Source: a virus
Lineage: Duplodnaviria; Heunggongvirae; Uroviricota; Caudoviricetes
Virus record (IMG/VR): IMGVR_UViG_3300028805_000039
Span: 191,852 to 239,565 of that record
DNA: 47,714 nucleotides
Reading direction: 5' to 3' (one strand)
Part shown: positions 16,532 to 28,572 of the stretch, piece by piece
Numbering within the stretch: the stretch's first letter is position 1
Layout of the letters: every line of letters begins with the position of its first letter
Made by a program: the position numbers and the translations under genes
The notes under the pieces: generated by a model
Database searches by the model: none
What the model was told of the DNA's origin: nothing
What the model saw: only the letters and a program-made list of their open reading frames with translations

Positions 16532-17041
16532 ATGTTAGATTTTATAATTAAATATTGGCTTGAAGTTGCTTTTGGCTTAGTATGTGGGGCTGTCGCTTGG
16601 CTCGCTAAAAAATACATTACTATGTCAAAAACAGAAAAAGAAAATCATGAAACAGCAATTATCACAACCATTTAGGAAAAAATGGATGATTAGTATGATA
16701 AGACACAAGAATAGATGGATGTATGTTATAATCGTCTTAATAATAAAATTAGTGAATTTATCGAAGAATCACGAGAAGCTGATAAATAGACTATTAAAAC
16801 AATTGATAATATGCGAGGGGACGTTCTTATTATTGAAGGAGCATATTTTAGGAATGAATGCCGTAAATTGTTAAAAGAAGATCATATTATTACTAATGCT
16901 GAATTTAATATTATTACAGTATAGCATACAGCTTATAATAATTTAGGCGGAAATCATGAAGGCGATGCCTTGTATGAGATGGTAAAAGCTAAACATTAGA
17001 AACATTTAGTTGAAAAAGGCTCTAACGATGATGACTATTAA
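16532..17041 (+). CDS. membrane protein (N-terminal TM) with 7 in-frame TAG
   Basis: MLDFIIKYWLEVAFGLVCGAVAWLAKK..; ends TAA 17039-17041; verified codon by codon. Confidence 0.5.
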
Positions 17042-17044
17042 ATA

Positions 17045-17095
17045 AAAAAAAGAGGAAAATAAATTATTTATTTTCCTCTTTTTTTTATTTTTTTA
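17045..17095. terminator. bidirectional rho-independent terminator between convergent operons
   Basis: AAGAGGAAAATAAA-TTAT-TTATTTTCCTCTT flanked by A-run and T-run. Confidence 0.8.
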
Positions 17096-17394
17096 AATAC
17101 TCTATTAGTAACAGCTACAATTTCATCTCCATAAGTTGAAAATATATCTGCTAATAATTCTTCTTGGTCTAATGTTAAAATAACATTATAACTAAACATA
17201 GCCGCATGGGTCACTTCATGAGCTAATACTTTTCTGAACTTGACCTCATCTAGCCCATCTGCGATATAAATAGTTTTAGTAAAATTATCACAACAGCCAA
17301 GAGTAAAAGTATTTCTATTTGTTAATAGCATAGGATAAGTTGGCGGCACAATACGCACTCGCCAACTCATTCCATTAATGACAAATATAATCAT
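17068..17394 (-). CDS. putative Zn-metallopeptidase (HExxH)
   Basis: ..VLAHEVTHAAM.. Confidence 0.5.
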   Translation of the reverse strand: MIIFVINGMSWRVRIVPPTYPMLLTNRNTFTLGCCDNFTKTIYIADGLDEVKFRKVLAHEVTHAAMFSYNVILTLDQEELLADIFSTYGDEIVAVTNRVFKKIKKRGK

Positions 17395-18005
17395 TTCACT
17401 ATTTTTGCGGATAATTGCGCAAGCTTAGTTGATAATATTTGTTTTTCTTCTGGAGTTGCTTTTACGATCATTTCAGTTAAATCTTCCCCTAAATCTTTAA
17501 CATAATGATCCAAATCTTTCATTGATTTTTGATCATCGGCTCCAGAATTTTTTCCTTCCATATACATGCGACGAGAATAATAACTACGGCCATTATTAGT
17601 TATTTCACCATCATTATAATTTAAATGATCTTCACGCCAAGCCTTATCTCTCATTATATATGGGGCATATTCCATATAAGGAACATAATTACGCATATTC
17701 CCAGAATTAGTAAATTGCCCATCAGCATTTCTAGACTAACCATCATAATAATGCGTTCCACCTCCATTATTAGGATTTCCACTTTCCATATAATAAGAAA
17801 TATTCATAGGAGCCTAAGAATGTTCTTCTTTTTCTTTTGTTTTATCCATAGCTTCAATAATTGAGCAATAGTACATGGCTTCTTCTAAGTCTTTAATCAT
17901 GTCTATTACTTCTCCCATTTCTTTTGCATTAACCTTTTTTAAATCACCCATTTGGCCTTGAACAGAGCCAATTAAACATTGTTCAATATTTCTAAGTTGT
18001 TCCAT
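17391..18005 (-). CDS. hypothetical protein; track ORFs 17814..18005 and 17391..17696 joined by read-through of 2 TAG (plus-strand CTA at 17814-17816 and 17736-17738)
   Basis: Same frame, no TAA/TGA between; codon-by-codon check. Confidence 0.55.
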
Positions 18006-18006
18006 A

Positions 18007-18429
18007 TTAAGCCACCCTTACTACAATAAGATTTGCATTTTGAACATCTGCTGCGGCAACACCAGAGTTCTCTACACTAATTTGGGCGCAACATCCTTGA
18101 GCAACATCAATAAATAATGAACTACTTACACTATTAAATTCTTCTACTGCGCCAGGAGTAGAAATCATAGTGGAAGTACTAATTGGCTCTCCATTTACAG
18201 CAATAGCAAAAGAAATCGGGTCTGTCGCAGTACCATCTGCGGGAATCGCAACATTACCATTGAAATTCACATAAAATCTCGCACGGCATTGATTAGTGAG
18301 TCCGCGAAGACTCACTAATCCGCTACCTTCTCGATGTAATATTGATGGATTTCCACTTACGGCAGTGCTAGTAAAAACAACTACTCCATTGGGAGCAACA
18401 GTCTATAAAGCATTAGCTGTTATTTCCAT
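18007..18429 (-). CDS. hypothetical (structural?) protein, 1 in-frame TAG
   Basis: RBS AAGGAG-7nt-ATG (minus) at 18429; extends track ORF 18007..18315 upstream through TAG (plus 18403-18405). Confidence 0.5.
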
Positions 18430-18449
18430 ACTACATCTCCTTCCTTTAA

Positions 18450-19280
18450 TTAGCCTACTAAGTTATTTCCGCCACATCCGCAGCCACAGCCATAACCATA
18501 TGTTGGCCAGCCATTACTTACTGGGAATACTTGACCAGTATATGGATTAGCTGTTAAGTAAGCAGGATTTGCTACTGGACGAAGTTGAGAAATAAGATAA
18601 GCATTTTGTTCGGCTTGTGAAGCCTGTGTTTTAAGTGCATTATTCTCATTTTGTAATGCTGTAATTCTATCTTGTACTAAGAAATCAAGAATAGAACGGG
18701 TATTAGCATTATTATTTTCCATAATATCACGGACACCATCCATAACTGCCTGACGGTCAGCGCAGTTTTCAGTTGCGATATTATAGTTGAGTTGTGCTAA
18801 TGCACCAGAAATCATTTGGTCGGTTTGGCAATTAGCAAGTTGCTGTGCTGCCTACATACCTGATAACTGTTGTGTAAGAGCAAAAGTGTTTTGTAATCCA
18901 CCAACAGTTACGCCATTAATTGCATTAGTAATAGTATTAGTGTTCTGACAAGCCTATAAACCTAAATTGCTAATATCACTTTGAATTGCACTAGTACCGT
19001 TAGTTACAGCAGCAGTAGTAGTAGCAAAACCATTAAGGATACCAGTGTTAAGGTCATAGAACTTATCACTATTACTATCCATATTATAGATGTAAGGCAT
19101 AGCAGCATTTCCGCCACCATTATTGCCCCAGCCATTTCCCCATCCGCCAAAAGCGAATAAGAAGAGGAGGATTATCCACCAACCTCCGGCCCCGCCGAAA
19201 AAACCATCATTGCCGTATCCACCATTACCGGTAGCAGCAGCAATGTCCGCTAAAGAGTATCCATTTTCATTGTTAAACAT
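18450..19280 (-). CDS. Gly/Asn-rich membrane protein (TM WWIILLFLFAFGGW; C-term GCGCGCGG), 2 in-frame TAG
   Basis: track ORFs 18954..19280 and 18450..18815 are in one frame, joined through TAG at plus 18954-18956 and 18852-18854; RBS AAAGGAGG. Confidence 0.55.
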
Positions 19281-19311
19281 ATGCGTTTAACCTCCTTTAA
19301 TAATATATTAT

Positions 19312-19554
19312 TTACAGCCCTAAACTTTGTTTAAAAGCAGTAAATTCTTTATCAAAGTCTATCCCACGCTAAGCACAGATATTACGAGCGATTTTTTCTA
19401 TATCTGCGGTATTACCTTGCTGAGCTAGACTAAGGAGGTTCTATCCCATAGGGGAAGACTATGCTTGTTGCTATAAATACTCCATCATCATTTGTTGAGG
19501 GTTCTGTTTATTCCTCACCATCTACATCATCATTTGTATTGGGTTACTATTCAA
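19312..19554 (-). CDS. small Gln-rich protein, 6 in-frame TAG
   Basis: ..MMMEYL*QQA*SSPMG*NLLSLAQQGNTADIEKIARNICA*RGIDFDKEFTAFKQSLGL; TTG/ATG start after RBS GGAGG; TAA stop. Confidence 0.4.
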
Positions 19555-19956
19555 TTAAAAAACCTCCTTAAAACCTTGGGGATTTTCTTGTGCCGGAGAG
19601 GTTTGTGGGACAGTAACCTTATTCTAATTTAATAACTCTGCAACTTTGCCCATTGCCTATTCAAATTCTTGACGAGTGACAAATTCTCCAGATACTGGTT
19701 CTGTTGGCAGAGGTTTCAATTCATACATATTTAATTGGGCTATCCCATCAAGCCCTACGGTCTTTGTATAAATTTTTTTATTTGCAATATCTGGAAAATA
19801 AAAAATTGAACCATCAAAATCAATAGAGGTAGCTTTTACTTCTTCTAATGAAGAAACAGGATGCCCTTTTAATCCACCGAACTATGGAATTGGTGGACTA
19901 ACTATACGCTATTGCGGCATTATAGAGCTAGGCTATTGCTGGTAATAATTATACAT
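19555..19956 (-). CDS. hypothetical protein, 6 in-frame TAG
   Basis: MYNYYQQ*PSSIMPQ*RIVSPPIP*FGGLKGHPVSS...; only frame free of TAA/TGA across 19558-19956; ends TAA (plus 19555-19557). Confidence 0.45.
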
Positions 19957-20165
19957 ATCATCCCTTCTTTTTATAAATTTTTTTGGTATCGCTCTTACCA
20001 ATTTTATGTAAAATTTATGGTAAATAATTTTAAAACTTTTGCCAAAAAAAATTATTAAAAATTTTTTAAGTAAATGCGGCATTGAGGGCAAGAATAAATA
20101 ATATACTTTCCTTTTTTTTCTAAAATAAATAGAGATATAAAAAAGTAAAAAAGGAGATAGAAATA

Positions 20166-20585
20166 ATGAAACCAGAAACACAAGCTTTATTACAACAAAT
20201 TTGGCAATTATGTATAATTCCATTATTAACAGTTCTTACTGGATATATTATTAAATTAATTAATAAACAATCTGATAAAATGTAGAGAGAAACTGATAAT
20301 GAATTATATAAAAAATATATCGCTTTATTAGATGACACAATTGTTAAATGTGTAATTGCTACAAACCAAACTTATGTAGATGCTCTTAAAGATCAAAATG
20401 CTTTTGATGTAAATGCTCAAAAAGAAGCCTTTAAACGTACATATGATTCAGTTATGGCTATTCTTAGTTTAGAAGCAAAGAATTATTTAGAACATGCGGT
20501 TGGTGATTTAAATACTTATATTACAAAAGCTATTGAAACATAGGTAAAAGTTAATAAAATTTCAACAATTACTATTACTGAATAA
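20166..20585 (+). CDS. small membrane protein, holin-like (LL-H-type?), 2 in-frame TAG (20283, 20541)
   Basis: RBS AAAGGAG, N-terminal TM LCIIPLLTVLTGYIIKLI; verified codon by codon. Confidence 0.4.
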
Positions 20586-20739
20586 TAAAAAAGAAGATTT
20601 TAAAAAACTAATATAAAACTTTTTTAAATTATAATTAAATATATTAAAATGGACAATTATATATAATTATTAATTAAAAAAAAATAAAATTATATGTAAT
20701 CATAAAATTTTAGTATACCATTGGAGGAAGTGACATTAT

Positions 20740-21294
20740 ATGGCGAAAAGAGTTAGTGAATTACCGATAACAACACATACTAATTTAACACCTAGTGCTT
20801 GTCTTTTAGTTAATGAACCTACTAATAATGGATTTATTACTAAATAGATGACTATAGCAGAATTAAACAATGAATTAATTGAAAATTATCATTATCTTAC
20901 TTCTAATAATGATAATTCTAATTTAACCAATGAGAGTAAAATTAATACACTTATTGGTAATGATACTAACAAGTCAGTACGTACTATTGCTAATGAAGAA
21001 TTAGTTACTTAGTTAATCCCAGCCAATGCTAGTGCAGCACTTGATACACTTCAAGAAATTGCGGCTTGGATTCAAGCTCATCCTAATGATGTAGCACAAA
21101 TAAATTCTACTATTGCTGCTTTACAGCAAAAATTAACTTTAGGAGTAAATAGTAATAATAATGAATATTCTACTGTTAAGGATTATGTAGAAGCTACTAT
21201 TGCTAATGAAAATAGTAATTTACAACCATTAACAAAAGAAGATATTCATGAAGCATTTTATGGCTTTAAAGAAATTGAGATAAATACTATTTGA
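20740..21294 (+). CDS. tail fiber-like protein (N-terminal conserved region), 2 in-frame TAG
   Basis: RBS GGAGGAAG; ..ITK*MTIAELNNELIENY.., ..DTLQEIAAWIQAHPNDV.. Confidence 0.5.
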
Positions 21295-21331
21295 ACTTAA
21301 ATAAAAAAAATAAAGAAAGGAATTAATAATT

Positions 21332-21955
21332 ATGACTTTTTTAGATTTTTCTGGGGTATAGGCCCTTGCTGAAATGTTAACTAATAGTTTTTTAGTTATG
21401 GAAAAAGAAAATAATAAATATGGAGATTTAAATCTTGTTAAATTTACTCATGACACAAATAGTTAGTAGTATATCGTAAATGTTTATCCTGTTGATGCTG
21501 CAGAACCTAGTAATGTTCCACTCCCAGAAATTATAAGCGAACATGGCAATTGGAGTTCTCCTGGATATTTTACAGATAATGTAACATTAAATAACATACC
21601 AAATACATTATGGGTTATTGATAAAACAGAGTCATCAAGTTTTTCCAATGGTGATAGTGTAATTAGAACATTCCAAAATTGTCATTTAAATGATGATCCA
21701 GAAACTCTTAATACGTTAATTAATAATTTATCAGAAAAGAATTTACACTTAACTATTTATGATTTAACTTTTGCAACTGGTAATAAACTTTTAATATATA
21801 AGAATCTTACAAAAGCATTAGTATTATTTAAAAGAAGTAGTATTGTTGATAGTGGATATAATTCTGCTTATGTGGTTAATGAAATTGATTTAAATACCAA
21901 TTCTATTAATAAATATTATACTAATTATAGTAATGATAGTGGAGGTGGATCGTGA
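21332..21955 (+). CDS. hypothetical tail-associated protein, 3 in-frame TAG (incl. TAG-TAG pair 21467-21472)
   Basis: ATG 21332, TGA 21953-21955. Confidence 0.45.
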
Positions 21956-22038
21956 GAAATTTAATAATAACTTCTTTATTTAAGAATAAAAAAATATTTT
22001 TATTTTAACATATACTTTAAAAGGAATGTGAAATAATT

Positions 22039-22532
22039 ATGGTAAAAAAATTAGTGAATTACCCGTAACTACTCATTCTAGTTTAACACCTAGCGCTTGT
22101 CTTTTAGTTAATGAACCAAGTGGTACTTGATATATTACTAAACAAATGACTATTGCTGAATTAAATAATGAATTAATTGAAAATTATAGTTATATTACTA
22201 CTAATACAATTTCAAATTATGTATTATCATCTAGCTGTGGAAGTAGTAATGATAATGTGGATAATAATTTATTCCATAGTGCAGGTTATTTAGAAACAAT
22301 GGATACAACAGGTGAATGGTGGCAAACAGAATACCCAATCGTATTTTTTGATACAATAACACAAAAACTTTTCTGTGTTGATAAATATAATCATCAAGCT
22401 ATATTAATGGATACTGCAGTAGATGGTATTACTATAGATGGAACAGATTATAGTGGAGCTAAACTTGTTAATCTCTTTAGTTATGAGGATAATAGCACTA
22501 CTTATACTGCTTCAAACGCCTCTAATACTTAA
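22039..22532 (+). pseudogene. degenerate paralog of tail fiber gene 20740 (1-nt deletion near start + in-frame TGA); intact ORF only from ATG 22146
   Basis: Nucleotide-level similarity to 20740-20860 but frame broken; track ORF 22146..22532. Confidence 0.4.
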
Positions 22533-22545
22533 TAATTAATATAAT

Positions 22546-22582
22546 AAAGGATAAAGAGTTTTTTACTCTTTATCCTTTTTAT
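22546..22582 (+). terminator. rho-independent terminator
   Basis: GGATAAAGAG-TTTTT-TACTCTTTATCC + TTTTT. Confidence 0.8.
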
Positions 22583-22670
22583 TTATTTGGCCATTAGTAA
22601 ATAAAGATAAAATTAAAAAATGTATATGTATTAGAAAAGAAAATTTTTATTCAAGAGGTGAATAAAAAAT

Positions 22671-23600
22671 ATGCCAATTACAATTAATTCTTTTTATTAC
22701 AAAAATTCAAGTGGTAGTTATATAAATTGTTTGCCAGGATTTCCTTCTGTCGCAACTAAACCATTAACAGCATATGTAGCTGGCATAAATAATGAAAATG
22801 TGACAATCGCATTTTCTGGAAATGGATACTATAGCTAGAGTATTCAAGTATCAATTCCTTATAATATTTATTCAGGACCTAGTATTATCTATCCATCTCC
22901 TTCGACAGAAAATATTCCTGCTTATACATATTTTCCATATTCTGTTACAATCCCATCAGAACCTAATTTAAAACCTGAAAATATTGCTCCAGGAGTAACA
23001 ATATTAGGAGTAACAGGGGCCGAAGTAGAAGATAGTAGTGATTATGAAAAAAGATTTATAGAATAGGATAAATTAAATAGTACTATTTTTGAAACTTTAG
23101 GTTATTCAAAAGCTGATATAGTAGCTAAGGATGGAATGTAGTATACTACATATTATACTTTATCTTCTTCAATATTAAATGATAGTGATATTACACGAGT
23201 TGGGGCTTATACTTTTTATAGTAATGCTACTATTACATCAATAAATTATCCATAGTGTAATTATATTGGAAATGGGGGCTTCTATAATTGTAAAAATCTT
23301 ACTACAATTAATTTTCCAATGTGCAATATTATTGAAGTTAATGCTTTTGCAAATTGTTCTAATCTTATAACAGTTAGTATTCCATAGTGTCATTATATTC
23401 AAGCGGGAGCCTTTAATAATTGTATAAATTTAACAACTGTTTATTTGAATCAAACATCTTCTGTTTGTAAACTACTAAATTCACAAGTATTTAATAATTG
23501 TAGTAATCTTATATCAATATATGTCCCATTAAGTTTAATAGATAATTATAAATAGGATAATACTTGGCAATATTTTTCTAATAAAATTATAGGAATATAA
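22671..23600 (+). CDS. BspA-type leucine-rich-repeat protein (putative receptor-binding/tail fiber), in-frame TAGs
   Basis: C-terminal 22-aa repeats ..P*CNYIGNGGFYNCKNLTTINFPMCNIIEVNAF..; RBS GAGGTG. Confidence 0.55.
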
Positions 23601-23614
23601 AGGAGATATATCAT

Positions 23615-25096
23615 ATGAATTTAATATTCAATAATTTATTTGTTAAGCAATCTCAAAGTTATAATAGTTTACCAGCTATTGCTGTATTAAAACAATTATC
23701 TTCAATTCCTTCTTCTTATTATTCTTATACAATAAATAATGATATAATTAATATAAATTATATAAATTATTTATCAAATAACATTTCTACTCATACAGTA
23801 TCCTTTCCCTTATTAAATAATAATAATATAAATTTATCTATTGCGTCTTATTATATTAATAGTAATATTTTAATTCAAAATAATATTTCATTAAATCAAT
23901 CAAATTTAATTCCAGAAAATATTAAGAAAAATATTTCTCTTTTTAATATTATCGGGAATTTTATACCTAGTAATTACCGTCAATTTAGATTATTACCATC
24001 TATTTCTACTTATAATAATGAAAATATTTCATCAATTAGAGACATGTGTTTTTTAAGTTGGTTAGATTTATCTATAATTGATTTGCCATAGTGTAGTTAT
24101 ATTGGAAATAGTGCTTTTGCTGGTTGTTATAATCTTACTACAGTAAATTTTCCATAGTGTAGTTATATTGGAAGTTATGCTTTTTATAAATGTAATAGTC
24201 TTACTTCAATAAGTTTTCCATAGTGTAGTTATATTGGAAGTTATGCTTTTTGTAAATGTAATAGTCTTACTTCAATAAGTTTTCCATAGTGTAGTTATAT
24301 TGGAAGTCATGCTTTTTTTGATTGTCTTAGTCTTACTACAGTAAATTTTCCAATATGTAGTTATATTGGAAATGGTGCTTTTGCTGGTTGCTCTAATCTT
24401 ACTTCAATAAGTTTTCCAATATGTAGTTATATTGGAAATTATGCTTTTTAGAGTTGTATTAGACTTACAACAGTAGATTTTCCATTGTGTCCTTATATTG
24501 GAAGTTATGCTTTTTGCCGTTGTTCTAATCTTACTTCTGCAAATTTTCCATATTGTAGTTATATTGAAAGTTATGCTTTTTATAGTTGTATTAGACTTAC
24601 TTCAATAAATTTTCCAGTATGTAGTTATATTGAAAGTTATGCTTTTTATTGGTGTATAAATCTTACTACAGTAGATTTTCCATAGTGTAATTATATTGGA
24701 GATTATGCTTTTGGCCATTGTCCTAGTCTTACTTCAATAAATTTTCCAGTATGTAGTTATATTGGAGAGGGTGCTTTTAATTATTGTCCTAGTCTTACTT
24801 CAATAAGTTTTCCATAGTGTAGTTATATTGGAAGTCATGCTTTTTAGAATTGTCGTAATCTTACTACAGTAGATTTTCCATAGTGTAGTTATATTGGAAG
24901 TAGTGCTTTTTAGAATTGTTCTAGTCTTACTACTATTTATTTAAACTAGACATCACAAATATGTTCATTATATAATAGTGATGTATTTTCTAGTTGTAAT
25001 AAACTTCAATCAATTTATGTCCCACAAAGTTTAGTCGAAGCTTATCAAACCGATGCTCGTTGGAAATCATTATCAACTAAAATTATAGGTGTATAA
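23615..25096 (+). CDS. BspA-type LRR repeat protein, 13 x 66-nt repeats, ~12 in-frame TAG
   Basis: track ORFs 23615..24091 and 24485..24685 in same frame; repeat FP[*IVLY]CSYIGSYAF[*YCF].C.SLTSI.; ends TAA 25094-25096. Confidence 0.6.
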
Positions 25097-25176
25097 AAAA
25101 AATAAAAAAAATAGAATTATTATATTAATTAAATAATATAATAATTCTATTTTTAATTTCAACAAAAAAAATAAAA

Positions 25177-26712
25177 ATGAAGGATGTGAATATATTGAGT
25201 TATCAAATAATAATCCCTTCAGATGTTGCGCCATTGCGCGCCCCAGTTATTCCTACTTTAAGAATTATAGATGAAGATACAGCGGAAATATATGTAAAAT
25301 ATCCTTATTCTACATATGTATCAGGCAATATAAATATAGATTTAGATATTGGTAATACTTCAATAAAAGTAGATAGCGTTAAAATAAATAAATTAATTAG
25401 TTTTTTAGAAGGTAATTCTGAATTTGATTATAGTATAATATAGTAGTATAATAAAATAGGAATAGGATTATATAATAAATTTAATTCAAGAATTGCAAAT
25501 TTTCCATAGTGTACTTGTATTGGAAATAGTACTTTTTAGAATTGTTCTAGTCTTACTTCTGCAAATTTTCCATTATGTAATTATATTGGAAGTTATGCTT
25601 TTTAGAATTGTCTTAGTCTTACTTCAATAAATTTCCCATAGTGTAGTTATATTGGAAGTAGTGCTTTTTAGAATTGTCGTAATCTTACTACAGTAGATTT
25701 TCCATAGTGTAGTTATATTGGAAGTTTGGCTTTTGAGGATTGTGATAATCTTACTTCAATAAATTTCCCATAGTGTAGTCATATTGAAAGTTTGGCTTTT
25801 TATGATTGTGATAGTCTTACTTCAATAAGTTTTCCATAGTGTAGTTATATTGGAAATCGTGCTTTTTATGATTGTCGTAATCTTACTACAGTAGATTTTC
25901 CATAGTGTAGTTATATTGAAAGTAATGCTTTTTGCTATTGTCCTAGTCTTACTTCAATAAGTTTTCCATAGTGTAATTATATTGGAAGTTATACTTTTTA
26001 TAGTTGTATTAGACTTACTTCAATAAATTTTCCATAGTGTAATTATATTGGAGAGAGTGCTTTTTATTATTGTTCTAATCTTACTTCAATAAGTTTTCCA
26101 ATATGTAGTTATATTGGAAGTTATGCTTTTTAGAGTTGCTCTAATCTTACTTCAATAAATTTTCCATAGTGTAGTTATATTGGAGAGAGTGCTTTTTATA
26201 ATTGTCGTAATCTTACTTCAATAAATTTTTCATTATGTAGTTATATCGAGAATAGTGCTTTTTATCGTTGCTCTAATCTTACTTCAATAAATTTTCCAGT
26301 ATGTAGTTATATTGGAAGTTATGCTTTTTAGAGTTGTTATAGTCTTATTTCAGTAGATTTTCCATAGTGTAGTTATATTGGAGAGAGTGCTTTTTAGAGT
26401 TGTTATAGTCTTACTTCAATAAATTTCCCATAGTGTAGTTATATTGGAAGTTATGCTTTTTAGAGTTGCTCTAATCTTACTTCAATAAATTTCCCATAGT
26501 GTAGTTATATTGGAAGTCGTGCTTTTATGTCGTGTTCTCGTCTTACTACTATTTATTTAAACTAGACATCACAAGTATGTTCATTATATAATAGTTATGT
26601 ATTTTCTAGTTGTAATAAACTTCAATCAATTTATGTTCCACAAAGTTTAGTCGAAGCATATAGAAACCATAGCAGATGGCGTTATTTTTCTAATAAAATA
26701 ATAGGGATATAA
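25177..26712 (+). CDS. BspA-type LRR repeat protein with tandem TAG-TAG (25441-25446) and ~16 further in-frame TAG
   Basis: track ORF 25177..25443 continues in frame through the repeats to TAA 26710-26712. Confidence 0.55.
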
Positions 26713-26714
26713 AT

Positions 26715-26825
26715 AAAATAAAATAATAGGGATATAAATAAATAAAATAATTTTTAAATTATTATTTTATTTATTTATATCCCTATTATTTTATTTTATT
26801 TATATCCCTATTATTTTATTAGAAA
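26715..26825. repeat. perfect palindrome / bidirectional terminator between convergent LRR genes; centre of a ~1.4-kb diverged inverted duplication
   Basis: ATAAAATAATAGGGATATAAATAAATAAAATAATTTTTAAATTATTATTTTATTTATTTATATCCCTATTATTTTAT. Confidence 0.7.
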
Positions 26826-28572
26826 AATAACGCCATTGATAATTATTCTTATACATACTTATTAAACTTTGTGGAACATAAATTGATTGAAGTTTATTAC
26901 AACCAGAAAATACATAACTATTATATAATGAACATATTAGTGATGTCTAGTTTAAATAAATAGTAGTAAGATTAGAACAATCATAAAAAGCACCCTGTCC
27001 AATAGAACGACATATTGGAAAACTTACTGTAGTAAGACTAGAACAATTCTAAAAAGCCCAACTTTCAATATAACTACACTATGGAAAATCTACTGTAGTA
27101 AGATTACGACAATTATAAAAAGCACTACTTCCAATATAACTACATACTGGAAAATTTATTGAAGTAAGTCTAATACAACTCTAAAAAGCATAACTTTCAA
27201 TATAACTACACTATGGAAAACTTATTGAAGTAAGATTAGAACAATCCTAAAAAACCCTATTTCCAATATAACTACATCTTGGAAAATTTGCAGAAGTAAG
27301 ACTATTACAATTCAAAAAAGCATAACTTTCAATAGAACGACATATTGGAAAATTTGCAGAAGTAAGACTAGAACAATTCAAAAAAGCATAACTTCCAATA
27401 GAACGACATATTGGAAAATTTGCAGAAGTAAGACTAGAACAATTCAAAAAAGCACTCTCTCCAATATAACTACACTATGGAAAATCTACTGTAGTAAGAT
27501 TACGACAGTACTCAAAAACCCTACTTCCAATATAACTACATCTTGGAAAATTTGCAGAAGTAAGACTAGAACAATAGCCAAAAGCACCACTTCCAATCTA
27601 AGTGCACAATGGAAAATCTACTGTTGTAAGTCTAATACAATCATAAAAAGCAAGATTTCCAATCTCAGTGCACAATGGAAAACTTATTGAAGTAAGACTA
27701 TTACAATTATAAAAAGCCCAATTTCTAATATAACTACACTATGGAAAATCTACTGTTGTAAGTCTAATACAATTCTAAAAAGCATAACTTTCAATATAAC
27801 TACACTATGGGAAATTTATTGAAGTAAGACTAAGACAATCCTCAAAAGCCAAACTTCCAATATAACTACATACTGGAAAATTTATTGAAGTAAGATTACG
27901 ACAATCCTAAAAAGCACTACTTCCAATATAACTACATACTGGAAAATCTACTGTAGTAAGATTACGACAATTCAAAAAAGCATAACTTCCAATAGAACGA
28001 CATATTGGAAAATTTGCAGAAGTAAGACTAGAACAATTCTAAAAAGCACTATTCCCGATATAACTACACTATGGAAAATCTACTGTAGTAAGACTAAGAC
28101 AATTCTAAAAAGCATAACTTCTAATATAACTACACTATGGAAAATTTGCAGAAGTAAGATTACGACAATTATAAAAAGCACTACTTCCAATATAACTACA
28201 TACTGGAAAATTTATTGAAGTAAGTCTAATACAACTATAAAAAGCATTACTCTCAATATAACTACACTATGGAAAACTAATAGTAGTAATATTGCTAAAA
28301 TAAGCAAAGGCGGCAGCACGCACTGAAGTTATTGTTGAACCTATAAGATTTAAATTATCATCATTAAGATTGCCATTAACATAATCATAAAAAACATCAT
28401 ATATTAAACTCATACTTTTACTACTAATACCAGCATTAATAAAAGTAGAAGGGCCATAGTCAACATTAAAATTTATTTTATCTGGAAAAATAGTAATATT
28501 ATTATCCTTAATTTCAGGATTAATTCCAGATATTGTCCCACTAGGAATCTATAACTATATACTCAATATCAA
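26800..28572 (-). CDS. BspA-type LRR repeat protein (inverted paralog of 25177..26712), many in-frame TAG
   Basis: Frame shared with track ORF 27247..27447; TTG start overlapping upstream TGA (TTGA), RBS AGGAGAGG; stop TAA (plus 26800-26802). Confidence 0.5.

Noticed and set aside
19933-20223. Track ORFs 19933..20223(-), 29630..29842(-), 30748..31008(-), 12543..13196(-), 2818..3231(-), 32573..33025(-)
   Set aside because: Low-complexity or antisense frames over AT-rich intergenic DNA or over better-supported genes. The real minus-strand genes are in other frames once TAG is read through.
22039-22145. Possible TGA (opal) recoding suggested by an in-frame TGA aligned to Phe in the tail-fiber paralog
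   Set aside because: TGA is used as a genuine stop for many well-delimited genes here (455, 5082, 10818, 16453...). The same segment also has a 1-nt deletion, so it is a decayed duplicate.
23230-28300. Regular ~66-nt repeats that superficially resemble a CRISPR array
   Set aside because: Period is exactly 66 nt (22 codons) with no spacer/repeat alternation. They translate in one frame into BspA-type LRR repeats within long ORFs.
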